From Spirochaetia bacterium (GTDB lineage Bacteria > Spirochaetota > Spirochaetia > CAKZLE01), in NCBI GenBank assembly GCA_963677595.1, contig OY782041.1:4128001-4192000 (forward strand): DNA of 64,000 nt, written 5' to 3'. This document shows, in pieces, positions 45,951 to 55,944 of the stretch. Below the pieces are notes generated by a model, which saw only the letters and a program-made list of their open reading frames with translations, did not search any database and was not told the origin of the DNA. The position numbers and the translations under genes are program-made. Each line of letters starts with the position of its first letter. The first letter of the stretch is position 1.

Positions 45951-47615
45951 CTACCGGTGATACTTGTTGTAGCCTCTCCGGCCGTCCCGGTACTTGCCGG
46001 GATGTTTCCGGTACGGGCGCTTTCTCTCGGATGTATTCTCTGAATCCTTCGCTTTCGTGACGATCGCCCGCTTCCCGGGCTTACTCCTCTTGAAGGATTC
46101 CAGGATCTTCTCCGCATCACGCAGGGACACGGAGACGAAGGAGAAGTCTGCCATGACCTGCACGTCATCGATGAACCTGCCGGGCACCGAGGAGACCTTC
46201 GAGATATACTCCACCAGGCTCCTCTTCGTCATATCGTGCTTCTTCCCCTTGGCGATGAAGAGCCGCGTTGACTTCTGGATGTTCGGGCCCCTCTGCTGAT
46301 CGTACTGACCGATCTCCTTGTAGTTTCCGGCATCGAGATCCTGCTTGTAGTTCGACCGCAGCAGCGAGGCTACCAGCTCTTGGGCCCCATACTGGTCGAT
46401 GAGCCGCAGGGCCATGGTGGAGAACTCGTCTATCTCGCTGCCGACCACTGCCTGGTCGATCTCCTGCATGATACGATCCCGTTTTACCTTGAGCAGTTCC
46501 TGTACTGTCGGGAGTTTCTTCTTCTGGATATCGGTACCGGTCGTCCTCTTGATATGCTGGAGCTTGCGGTACTCTTCCGGTGTGATGAAGGTGATCGCTG
46601 TACCCATGTTCCCGGCTCTTCCGGTCCGGCCGATCCTGTGGACATAGCTCTCGGCATTCTGGGGCAGCGAGTAGTTGATCACATGGGTCAGGTTCTGCAC
46701 GTCGATCCCCCGTGCCGCCACATCGGTAGCCACCAGGGTGGTGATCTGCTTCTCACGGAACCGGGTCAGGAACTTCTCACGCTGAGACTGGGACATATCG
46801 CCATGGAAGGCTTCAGCGGCATAGCCGCTGTTCGAGAGCTGCTTGGCTACATCATCGCAGTCGGACTTCGTCCTGCAGAAGACCAGCCCGTAGAAGTCCT
46901 CCTCGAGGTCGATGACCCGCCGGAGCGCCTCGATCTTCTCATAATGGCGCACCTCGAGGTATATCTGCTCGGTGAGGTCGCTGGTCAGGTCGTTATGCTT
47001 CACCACGACCTGCTCATAGTCTCCCATATACTGTTCTGCGAGCCGCAGGATGGGCTTGGGCATGGTAGCGGAGAAGAGGAGCGTGTTCCGCTCTGAGGGG
47101 ATCGCCTGGAGGATGGTCTCGACCTCCTCAATGAATCCCATGTTGAGCATCTCGTCTGCCTCGTCTAGGACGAGCATCGACACCTGGTCGAGCTGCAGCG
47201 TCTTTCGCTGTATATGGTCTATGACCCTTCCAGGGGTCCCCACCACGATGTGGCAGCCTCTCCTCAGCTGTCCGATCTGCATGCCGATCGACTGCCCGCC
47301 GTAGATGGCGGCTATCTGGATCGAACGTGAGCCGGTGAAGGAGTTTATCTCCTCTGCCACCTGGATGGCCAGCTCCCTGGTAGGTGTGAGTATCAGAGCC
47401 TGTACATGCTTGGAACGGGTATTGACCCGTTCGAGGATCGGCAGGCCGAAGGCTGCGGTCTTCCCCGTCCCGGTCTGTGCCTGGCCGAGGACATCGCGTG
47501 TCCCTGAAAGCAGCAGCGGTATACATCGTGCCTGTATCTCTGTTGGTTCCTCGAACCCTCTCTTCTCTAACGCTTTCAGCGTCTTGTCTGTTAATCCTAG
47601 TTCTGCAAAATTCAT
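45951..47615 (-). CDS. deaD: DEAD-box RNA helicase DeaD/CsdA-like with C-terminal DbpA RNA-binding domain and basic tail
   Basis: AQTGTGKT, PTRELA, DEAD, SAT, ARGID, HRIGRTGRAG. Confidence 0.93.
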   Translation of the reverse strand: MNFAELGLTDKTLKALEKRGFEEPTEIQARCIPLLLSGTRDVLGQAQTGTGKTAAFGLPILERVNTRSKHVQALILTPTRELAIQVAEEINSFTGSRSIQIAAIYGGQSIGMQIGQLRRGCHIVVGTPGRVIDHIQRKTLQLDQVSMLVLDEADEMLNMGFIEEVETILQAIPSERNTLLFSATMPKPILRLAEQYMGDYEQVVVKHNDLTSDLTEQIYLEVRHYEKIEALRRVIDLEEDFYGLVFCRTKSDCDDVAKQLSNSGYAAEAFHGDMSQSQREKFLTRFREKQITTLVATDVAARGIDVQNLTHVINYSLPQNAESYVHRIGRTGRAGNMGTAITFITPEEYRKLQHIKRTTGTDIQKKKLPTVQELLKVKRDRIMQEIDQAVVGSEIDEFSTMALRLIDQYGAQELVASLLRSNYKQDLDAGNYKEIGQYDQQRGPNIQKSTRLFIAKGKKHDMTKRSLVEYISKVSSVPGRFIDDVQVMADFSFVSVSLRDAEKILESFKRSKPGKRAIVTKAKDSENTSERKRPYRKHPGKYRDGRRGYNKYHR

Positions 47616-47733
47616 CTTCATTTCCTCATATCGAATTCAATGTGACTCTATACCTGAAACTGAAATAGTTCGCGAACTGCAAGACATGGATCATAACTAT
47701 CGAGTTAGGCACACTCATATTGACAAAAAAAAT

Positions 47734-47847
<114 letters not shown>

Positions 47848-47855
47848 CCCATATG

Positions 47856-47884
47856 GTTGTATCAGAATGAAGGAGCTGTGTCAA
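47856..47884 (-). promoter_or_regulatory. Predicted sigma70-type promoter of the stand-alone 5S gene
   Basis: TTGACA(47884-47879)-17 nt-TACAAC(47861-47856) preceded by TGn, ending 8 nt upstream of the 5S 5' end. Confidence 0.55.
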
Positions 47885-48042
47885 TACTGTTTGGCTGAAA
47901 AAGATACATCTCCCTCTTCTTTGATGAAAAAGATCATGTTCTTCTCTTCTCTCGATTTATACCGAAAATAGGGGTAGTATGATGATAGGGACTAAGCCTC
48001 CCACGTAGGGGTCTCAGCCCCCTGCAGTCCAAGGAGTTCAGG

Positions 48043-48888
48043 ATGGGAAGAGGCAATCCAGTCGGCAGTACGAACATTCACGGGAAGCCCTATGTTTGGG
48101 GAGTAACCGAGGAAGGGATTCCCTACATCATCAGGGAGACGGGCAGCCCTTCAGTCATCGTCTTCGAGCCCTCCCGCGACCTGCTGAAGAGCCTGGTCAC
48201 CAGGGTCGAGTACATCATCGGGAACATGAACAGGATCCTGCCTGAGGAGTGCTCGCTCTGCGTGCTTGGTTATGACCAAAACCTGCCAGAAGACCATTCA
48301 TATGAGGATATGGCAGCCTCGTATGCGGAGCTTATCAGGGAGAAGTTCCACCCGGGCACAGTCATCGGGGTCTCATACGGAGGGTTCCTCGCCATACCCT
48401 TTGCGGCAACCTACCCGGAACTCACCGAGAAACTCATCCTGATCGTCGCAGGCTATAAGGCCTCCCCGAAAGGAGTCCAGCTCGCAGAAGAGCTCATCGG
48501 GCTGATGCGGGAGGGAAAGACCTACGAGATCCTGCAGCAGTTCAACTCCCTGATCCACCGGAAGACGATACGAGGGATAGCCAGGTTCATGACCTGGCGG
48601 AAGAAGCATGCCATAAAAGCGGACAGCAATCCCCCCTCCACCTTCATCAATGCCTATGAGCATATAAGGAGAAATAACGGGGAGAACAGAACATACCTTT
48701 CACGAATACAGGCACCTGCATTGGTGATCGGGGGAGATCGCGACCTTTTCTTCTCGAAGGAGATCTTCGAGGAGACAGCTGCGCTGATACCAAACGGAAA
48801 ACTGGAACTGTTCGAGGGCGAGGGACACTATGTGATCCTGGAACGGATCAGGGAGATCAGGAGGATCCTGTCAGCATTCATTATTTGA
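48043..48888 (+). CDS. Alpha/beta hydrolase
   Basis: GVSYGG nucleophile elbow, GGDRD, GH; AAGGAG RBS. Confidence 0.88.
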   Translation: MGRGNPVGSTNIHGKPYVWGVTEEGIPYIIRETGSPSVIVFEPSRDLLKSLVTRVEYIIGNMNRILPEECSLCVLGYDQNLPEDHSYEDMAASYAELIREKFHPGTVIGVSYGGFLAIPFAATYPELTEKLILIVAGYKASPKGVQLAEELIGLMREGKTYEILQQFNSLIHRKTIRGIARFMTWRKKHAIKADSNPPSTFINAYEHIRRNNGENRTYLSRIQAPALVIGGDRDLFFSKEIFEETAALIPNGKLELFEGEGHYVILERIREIRRILSAFII

Positions 48889-48917
48889 GAGAACGGATTG
48901 AACGTATACGTATGACG

Positions 48918-48945
48918 TAAGGCTCCTGCGGGTGCAGGAGCCTTA
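48918..48945. terminator. Probable bidirectional terminator
   Basis: TAAGGCTCCTGC-gggt-GCAGGAGCCTTA 12-bp perfect inverted repeat between convergent genes. Confidence 0.7.
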
Positions 48946-48970
48946 TGAGATATATCGGAACGGGAACGGT

Positions 48971-49615
48971 CTACAGCAGGTTCAGCAGAACTGAGACACC
49001 CACAGTACCTTCCGGGGCGACTGCAGAAGGATCAAAATCTGCAATGTTCGCGAATGATGTCTGCGAATTGATCAGCAGGAATGTCCCGACAGAGACAGGT
49101 CCAAGCTTCAGGTCGGCCGTGGCTCTGAGATAGAGCGGCAGGGTGCTCAGGTCTTCCGGTGTCGTTATAGGTGTAGGGTCTTCCCCTTCAACCTGCGGGA
49201 TGCCGAACAGTTCGAATTCACCATTCACCGTCTTGTTCAGGGCAAGGTACGGACCGGCTGTGATCCCAAGGTCGAGGAACCCGAGGAGCTCGGTGGTAAG
49301 ACCGACTCCGACGTAGCTGTCTATCCAATAGACATCCTCGGTCTGCTCAGGATCCTCTGACTGTTCAGGAGTCGTGATCCCGGCAGTTGCAAGCATGGAC
49401 AGTTCTGCGAACAGGATATTCATTCTAAGGTCGATCCCGGGTGAGAAGTCTTCAAGACCGACACTCTCGAAATCGGGAAGAGGACCGTCAGGGAGGGCGA
49501 TCGGTGAATTCAGCTCAGCGGCAGCACCAACTGAGAGACCAAACAATCCGCCCGCGAAGACGGATGCAGAGATAAGCAGCAGGATACTGCTGATCAACAC
49601 TAGCTTACGTATCAT
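48971..49615 (-). CDS. Hypothetical exported protein (possible beta-barrel/outer membrane protein)
   Basis: Signal peptide ending SVFA; alternating beta-strand-like segments; AAGGAG RBS. Confidence 0.75.
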   Translation of the reverse strand: MIRKLVLISSILLLISASVFAGGLFGLSVGAAAELNSPIALPDGPLPDFESVGLEDFSPGIDLRMNILFAELSMLATAGITTPEQSEDPEQTEDVYWIDSYVGVGLTTELLGFLDLGITAGPYLALNKTVNGEFELFGIPQVEGEDPTPITTPEDLSTLPLYLRATADLKLGPVSVGTFLLINSQTSFANIADFDPSAVAPEGTVGVSVLLNLL

Positions 49616-49745
49616 CTCTTTACTCCTTCAAGGAAATGCTTACTCATGATACCCTATCGCCTTAGGGCAGACAAGACTTTTCACGTCAGTTTCTTGATCC
49701 CATTATCCATTCTACCCTGTCAGACCCGTTGCTGCATCAACCATC

Positions 49746-50699
49746 TTACCGGAACTCGTAGATATCGCGATCCACGACATTCTCCAGCTTCTCACCTTTC
49801 GTGAAAGCAGAAATATTCCGTTCTATCAGATCCAGGATCTTCGCATAGGTATGGGGGACGAAATCACCGCCTGCCGTATGCGGGGTCAGGATGATCTCAT
49901 CGATCCCCCAGACCCTGTGGTCTGCGGGGACTGGTTCCGGGTCGTAGACATCAAGGGCGGCCCCTGCTATCCTACCCTGCTCGACAGCATCACAGAGCGC
50001 CTCATTGTCCACGGTCATGCCCCGTCCTGTGTTCACGAGGACAGCATTGCTCTTCATCAACGCAATCCGCTCTCGGCTCATGAGTTTGTCGGTCTCAGGG
50101 GATGCCGGTATGACCATCGCGATGATATCGGCACGGGGGATGAGTTCATCCAGCTCTGTATAGGCGTGTACCTCATCGGCGTAGGCGTGGGGTTTCGTGC
50201 CATCCCTCCTGACCCCGATGATATAGGTCCCGAAGACCTTGAGCAGCCGGGAGAACTCGGTCCCGATATCGCCGAGGCCAATCATGAGGACGGTTGCCCC
50301 CCGTACCAGCGGTTCACTGCCCTCATCCTTCCATACGGCCTTGCGCTGGTTGTCCCGATAGAGGTGGAGCTTCTTCATCAGTGAGAGGAGCATGGCAAGC
50401 ATGAACTCAGACTGGGCTTCCCCGTAGGAACCGCTCGCATTGGTCAGGATCACCTGCTCATGCAGCAACCCCCGCTTTAGGTAGTAATCGACCCCTGCAA
50501 TAGTGGTCTGCAGCCATCTGAGCTTCTTAGCCCCAAGCAGTTCCTTCGCCTTCGGATTACCGATGACGATCTCGGCATCCTTGATCACCTCTTTTATGGT
50601 ATCCCGGTCGGTGGTATATACGAGATCAAGAACATCGCTGAACTGATCGATCCTCTTCTTCTGTTTCTCATCTAACGGTGTGATCACAAGTGTCTTCAT
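49746..50699 (-). CDS. D-isomer-specific 2-hydroxyacid dehydrogenase
   Basis: GLGDIG, NTGRG, ALDV..PEP, TPHTAG. Confidence 0.92.
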   Translation of the reverse strand: MKTLVITPLDEKQKKRIDQFSDVLDLVYTTDRDTIKEVIKDAEIVIGNPKAKELLGAKKLRWLQTTIAGVDYYLKRGLLHEQVILTNASGSYGEAQSEFMLAMLLSLMKKLHLYRDNQRKAVWKDEGSEPLVRGATVLMIGLGDIGTEFSRLLKVFGTYIIGVRRDGTKPHAYADEVHAYTELDELIPRADIIAMVIPASPETDKLMSRERIALMKSNAVLVNTGRGMTVDNEALCDAVEQGRIAGAALDVYDPEPVPADHRVWGIDEIILTPHTAGGDFVPHTYAKILDLIERNISAFTKGEKLENVVDRDIYEFR

Positions 50700-51082
50700 A
50701 GGGGTCCCGTCCTTCATTGGAATTTCTAGTCCTACTATACTGGACAGCCTTGATAAAGTCGAGCAGCACATAGCAGTGGAGTAAATCTGCTGTATCAAAC
50801 CGGGTATTTTCACTGATCTCATTACCCCTACCCAATTGGCCGTAGGAATTATTCCCGAATGCCCAATTGATAGATGCTTCCTGAAGATCTTACTACAAAC
50901 CCAGGCCTCCAAGTTTGTTGCAGCAAGTCATAAATATACCCCCATAATCAAATGAGGGTATATAGGAGGTTTGGAAAAATTCCAGTAGTGACATGTGGTG
51001 TTAAAAAAATTGATATATACAAAAAGCTTAACAGCTTTCTATAACCAGATTCGGGGAGGAGAATGATACTATCCCCTCACGT

Positions 51083-52564
51083 TTAAGTAATACTCCTTGG
51101 TTCAGTCTTTTGCCTGATCAGTAGATTGGTCAACTCTACTACAAGATCCATATTCTCCATGAATAGATTATTTGTTTCATATGGATCATCTTTCATATTA
51201 TAGAGCTGTCCCCTATATCCCGCCTGTGGTATCACTCTATCATCATCGCCAGAGCTTCCAGATCCCATGGTATCGTGTATCAATTTCCAATCACCTCTTC
51301 GGATCGAGAACACACCTGTCTGTGAATGATGAATGATATTCGGACGAGCAGTCATGATTCCAGAACTACCGAAAAGACCAGACCCAATATTGAAACTGTC
51401 CTCGGCTGCACTGAGAGGAAGTTCCTCCCCCACTAGAGCCGCAAGGGTAGCGAGCACATCGTTTAAACTGAAAAGGCCGTCATAGGTTGACCCAGCCTCC
51501 AGTTTTCCCGGCCAGTGCGCAATGAAGGGTTCTCGGTGTCCCCCTTCCCAGACATTGGCTTTATACCCACGCCAATCCCCACAGGATTTATGACCGTAGG
51601 TATGATACACAACCTGGCCCCGCGCAGAAACGACCCGGTCTCCAGGAAGGGCACCATTATCGCTTGTTATTAGAATCAACGTATTGTCAAGCTCCCCAGT
51701 TTCTTTGAGTGCATCAACAATCTCACCAACCATCCAGTCAAAAAGCCAGACAAGATCACCACGGGGCCCTGCAGCGCTCTTACCCCGGGCGAATTCAGGC
51801 ACTACTTCCTCAACACAAGGTTCATGTGCTGCAGAAGCTGCAAAATAGAGAAAAAATGGATTCTCGGCGTTCTTGCTTCGCAGTATATAATCACGAGCTT
51901 TCCTCGTGAACGTTGGATCAGCTTCCTTGGGATCCCAGCTCAAAGCAGTCATCCCTGGCCGCCCTGTATTCGGGAACCATTCATTATAGAAGCTCGGATC
52001 GATCACAAACCCCTCATTCTCTATGAATGCATAGGGTGGTTGAGCTGTAGAACATCCTGAAGTACCGAAGAAATAGTCAAACCCAAGCTCTGTCGGTCCC
52101 CCTGAAACACCTTTCGAGAAATCTATACTCTCTTCAAGATACCGGTCTCCCTCAGGCCAAGGCATCGTACGCTGAAAATCGACAAGTCTGTTTTGCTTGG
52201 ATGAATAATTTAAACCAAGGTGCCATTTACCAATACACGCTGTATTATATCCGGCATTCTTAAGCATCCTTGGAAGCGTCAAGCGTTCCGCCTCAATCAG
52301 AGGAGGCTCATAATTGAACAATACCTCCTTTGGCAAGCTTGACCTCCAGCAGTAGCGTCCTGTCAGGATACCGTATCTTGATGGAGTACATAATGCCGAA
52401 GCAGAATGGGCATCAGTAAAAGAAACACCATTTCTGGCTAGCTGATCTATATTGGGGGTTGGTATACGTGAATCGCTGTTATAGTGACCGACGTCCCCTA
52501 TTCCAATATCATCAGCTAGAATGACTATAATGTTTGGATGGTTTGCTGACTTAGGTGTTTTCAC
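51083..52564 (-). CDS. Arylsulfatase-family (Cys-type S1) sulfatase
   Basis: ILADD, CTPSR formylglycine motif, GKWHLG, TSDNG, WEGGHR. Confidence 0.93.
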   Translation of the reverse strand: MKTPKSANHPNIIVILADDIGIGDVGHYNSDSRIPTPNIDQLARNGVSFTDAHSASALCTPSRYGILTGRYCWRSSLPKEVLFNYEPPLIEAERLTLPRMLKNAGYNTACIGKWHLGLNYSSKQNRLVDFQRTMPWPEGDRYLEESIDFSKGVSGGPTELGFDYFFGTSGCSTAQPPYAFIENEGFVIDPSFYNEWFPNTGRPGMTALSWDPKEADPTFTRKARDYILRSKNAENPFFLYFAASAAHEPCVEEVVPEFARGKSAAGPRGDLVWLFDWMVGEIVDALKETGELDNTLILITSDNGALPGDRVVSARGQVVYHTYGHKSCGDWRGYKANVWEGGHREPFIAHWPGKLEAGSTYDGLFSLNDVLATLAALVGEELPLSAAEDSFNIGSGLFGSSGIMTARPNIIHHSQTGVFSIRRGDWKLIHDTMGSGSSGDDDRVIPQAGYRGQLYNMKDDPYETNNLFMENMDLVVELTNLLIRQKTEPRSIT

Positions 52565-52605
52565 TTCATTTCTCCTTGATTTCACTTTCTCATAGTAAAC
52601 TCATT

Positions 52606-53433
52606 TTATTTTAACGCGCCGAGAGTTAATCCTTTCACGACGAATTTCTGTCCAAAGAACATTAGGATGACACCTGGGATCGTTGCTAATACTGCAGAAG
52701 CTGCCATCTCACCATAGAGTAACTGGTATTGCTGTGCCAGTAATGATACTGCGACCGGTACGGTTGCAGTTGCTGTGCCCGTCAGGTTGAGGGCGATCGG
52801 GAATTCGTTCCAGCTGAAGATGAAAGCCAGTACGGCACTTGCGGCAAGACCCGGCTTGACCAATGGGACCACAACATTGAAGAAAACTTGCTGATGGGTG
52901 CATCCATCAAGGAATGCTGACTCCTCAAGCTCTTTCGGTACATCTGAAACAAATTTCAACATGAGCCAGATGGACATAGGCATGTTTATGAGCAGATGGA
53001 GGATAATAAGACCGGCGAGGGTATTATACAGGCCGATACTGCGAAACATCAAATACCAAGGACCAACAAGCGTTATTCTTGGAATCATATTCAGTAACAA
53101 GACAGCAGAAAGGAGCAAAGCTGGGAAAAAGCGAGGCCAACGGAAGCGTGTCAGGGCATGTGCAGCCAGTGTCGAAACAGCCACTGCAAGGAACGTACTA
53201 ATTGCTGCCACAATAATACTGTTCTTCAGATTATTCAGGAATCTTCCCTGTGCACTAAAGAGCAATGCATAGAAATTATCAAAAGTCGGTTTGAAGTCCA
53301 GTGTTCCAGAGTAAATGTCGACCGCATGCTTGAATGATATAATGACTATCCAGATAAATGGGAAAACGATAATCAAACAAGCTGCTATAATAACCAAATG
53401 TAATAAGATATGTGTTATGCCCTTATTTTTCAT
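52606..53433 (-). CDS. Carbohydrate ABC permease
   Basis: ELEESAFLDG EAA loop, FSWNEF. Confidence 0.92.
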   Translation of the reverse strand: MKNKGITHILLHLVIIAACLIIVFPFIWIVIISFKHAVDIYSGTLDFKPTFDNFYALLFSAQGRFLNNLKNSIIVAAISTFLAVAVSTLAAHALTRFRWPRFFPALLLSAVLLLNMIPRITLVGPWYLMFRSIGLYNTLAGLIILHLLINMPMSIWLMLKFVSDVPKELEESAFLDGCTHQQVFFNVVVPLVKPGLAASAVLAFIFSWNEFPIALNLTGTATATVPVAVSLLAQQYQLLYGEMAASAVLATIPGVILMFFGQKFVVKGLTLGALK

Positions 53434-54374
53434 GATAGATTCCCCTCTTTAGAATTTACTTTCTGATAGAGCAGAATCAGAACCAATACGATCAAGATCG
53501 TCGTTATCGATAAAGCAGCACCGTAGCCGAGACGATTTTGCTGGAAGAAAACTTTATAGGCATACAGACTGACCACCTCGGATGATGTCCCTGGTCCACC
53601 AGCAGTCAAGAGGAAGACCTCATCAAATACATTGAACGCTATAATAGTCCTAAACATCAGAGCAACCAGGACTGTAGGCCACATCAGAGGGAAAATAATC
53701 ATACGAAGCATCCCAAAACCCCTGGCACCTTCCAATTCAGCAGCTTCAAGGACATCAAGCGGCAAAGCCTCGAACCCTGCCAGACAAATGAGAAAAACGA
53801 AGGGGACCCAATGCCAAACATCAACAACAATGACTGACATCAATGCATAATCTGCTGAACCGAGCCATGAAACAGGATCCATCCCTAAAGCTATAAAGCT
53901 ATTATTGATAATGCCAAACTCATAGTTATACATCAGCGCCCAGATACTACCAATGGCAATAGGCGGTACAAGGATCGGAAGCATCATAAGTGTACGGTAT
54001 ATACCCTGAGTTGATTTGAGCTTGCTTGTTGCATAAGCAACAAAAAAACCTAAAAGCATCTCAGCTGTAACACTGACGACCACGAAGATAAGAGTGTTTT
54101 TGAGCGCAGCTCCATAAATATGATCAGTGAATATCTTCCTGAAGTGATCAAGCCCTGCAAACGACCAATGTTCCTGTCCCTGTGAGAATGTAATATTTGA
54201 AAACCCCATTCCAATGAGGTTGAGCAGCGGCCAACCAGCAACCACTACCAATAGCAACACGGCTGGTGCTATTGCAAGATATTTATAGTACGTATTCACA
54301 ACATTGGAGAATGATCCATGTATCGGTACTGCCTGTTGTGAAGTAACCGTGGTTTTGTTCTCCTTATCCGCCAT
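53430..54374 (-). CDS. Carbohydrate ABC permease
   Basis: DVWHWVPF, EAAELEGA, FDE...GGPG. Confidence 0.92.
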   Translation of the reverse strand: MADKENKTTVTSQQAVPIHGSFSNVVNTYYKYLAIAPAVLLLVVVAGWPLLNLIGMGFSNITFSQGQEHWSFAGLDHFRKIFTDHIYGAALKNTLIFVVVSVTAEMLLGFFVAYATSKLKSTQGIYRTLMMLPILVPPIAIGSIWALMYNYEFGIINNSFIALGMDPVSWLGSADYALMSVIVVDVWHWVPFVFLICLAGFEALPLDVLEAAELEGARGFGMLRMIIFPLMWPTVLVALMFRTIIAFNVFDEVFLLTAGGPGTSSEVVSLYAYKVFFQQNRLGYGAALSITTILIVLVLILLYQKVNSKEGNLS

Positions 54375-54407
54375 TTTCTTACAGACCTCCCCTAATCGAT
54401 ATGAATC

Positions 54408-54447
54408 CCGCTGCACAATCTATAATGCATCTTAGATTGTGCAGCGG
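54408..54447. other. 15-bp perfect stem-loop downstream of the SBP gene (probable mRNA stability element)
   Basis: CCGCTGCACAATCTA-10 nt-TAGATTGTGCAGCGG. Confidence 0.6.
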
Positions 54448-54480
54448 ATGTTATCCAAAAACAATTTTCAGTTTATCCGC

Positions 54481-55854
54481 TTAGTTCTCAGGAAGCGGAG
54501 AGAGCGTTCCGGTACTGCGTCCTGTCTCAACAAAGATCTCGTGAATCTCTTCTGCTGCGAGATTAAGAGCTTCAGCAGAACTCAATTCACCAGTTACAGC
54601 CTGATTCAATCTCAAACCAAGTATATCGACAACGCGGCTCTCTTCTTCGAACTGCCCTGTCAATCGCCCATACCCATTCACGATATTCTCCTGGTAAGAT
54701 TTGAAGAATCTGAAGCGGGATTCCTGAGCAAGTTCTGAATCAAGGACATCAGAGCGAATTGGTGAACCACCGGCTTTGAAATACGCATACTGTGCATCAT
54801 AGCCCATGAACCACTCACCGAAATTCATGGCGGCTTTCTTCCGTTCATCACTGAGGTTCTGAGGTACACCAAGCATCCAAAGACTTGCTGAAGAAGCATT
54901 CTCCCCATTACTTGGTTTAGGTAGTACAACTGCATCCAGTTTCCCAGGAACAGCAGATTGTTCTGGATTATCCATTGCTCCCCATCCCAGTGTTGCCCAT
55001 TCTGCATGCAGGACCTTACCACTGGTTAGATACTGGATTACTTGACTTGAGCCGATCGCACCTGGTTCAGGAGGTCCGATTTTGGCCAGCTTGATATAGA
55101 GGTCTAGAGCCTCCTTCACTTCCGGACTGTTGATCGTCACGGTGAAGTCTCCATTTGCAGAGTCACGTGTAATGCTTCCACCGAACATATACATAAACCC
55201 AAAGAAGTCAAAATAGATCGCATCTCCACGCTCGCCCCGTTTGATCATTCCATAAAGATTAGGAGGATCTGCCAGCTTCTCGGTAGCGGCAAACACATCA
55301 TCCCAGGTTTTAGGTGGATCCAACCCGGCTTCTTCATACAAGTCAGCTCGATAGTAGAGCACCTGAAAATTAGGAGTATGAGGGAATGCGAGAATGTCCC
55401 CTTCAGGGTTCATGGCTTCTGATGCAGCATCCCAGTAGATCGGACCACCTAATGGCCCCACTTCAGGATCAAAAGTAAAATTGGGATCGATCTCCTTCAA
55501 GGGCGTGAAGTAGCCACCTGCATAGAACTCACCTGCGTAATATGGGTGAATATTTATGAGGTCATAATCACTCTCGGGCCCTGTTATTGCCTGACGGCCT
55601 TTCACCGGGAGTCCATCAAATGGGACGATATCCAGATTGACGTTTATACCGGTTGTCTCAGTATATAGCTTAGTCACTTCCTCGAATGGTGCTGCCCAAG
55701 GGGATTGATTAATGATTATTGATATCGAATCTACCCCTCCTGCATCTTTGGATTCTTGTGCGCCCCCAGCAAACCCAAGCTGTGCTATAAGAGACATGAT
55801 CACAATGAGTATCATAGTGACTCTTATACTTCGCCTTGTAACATTGAATTTCAT
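54481..55854 (-). CDS. Carbohydrate ABC solute-binding protein
   Basis: Signal 'GFAGGAQE'; TGINVN, LYYRADL..AGL.PPKTWD; AAGGAGG RBS. Confidence 0.9.
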   Translation of the reverse strand: MKFNVTRRSIRVTMILIVIMSLIAQLGFAGGAQESKDAGGVDSISIIINQSPWAAPFEEVTKLYTETTGINVNLDIVPFDGLPVKGRQAITGPESDYDLINIHPYYAGEFYAGGYFTPLKEIDPNFTFDPEVGPLGGPIYWDAASEAMNPEGDILAFPHTPNFQVLYYRADLYEEAGLDPPKTWDDVFAATEKLADPPNLYGMIKRGERGDAIYFDFFGFMYMFGGSITRDSANGDFTVTINSPEVKEALDLYIKLAKIGPPEPGAIGSSQVIQYLTSGKVLHAEWATLGWGAMDNPEQSAVPGKLDAVVLPKPSNGENASSASLWMLGVPQNLSDERKKAAMNFGEWFMGYDAQYAYFKAGGSPIRSDVLDSELAQESRFRFFKSYQENIVNGYGRLTGQFEEESRVVDILGLRLNQAVTGELSSAEALNLAAEEIHEIFVETGRSTGTLSPLPEN

Positions 55855-55944
55855 ACTAACCTCCTTGAAATCCATTTATATTATTCTACTCTTTTGAGTA
55901 AAATTTCAAAAAGTTATATCGCTGAGAGCTATAGTTCCTTCCTC

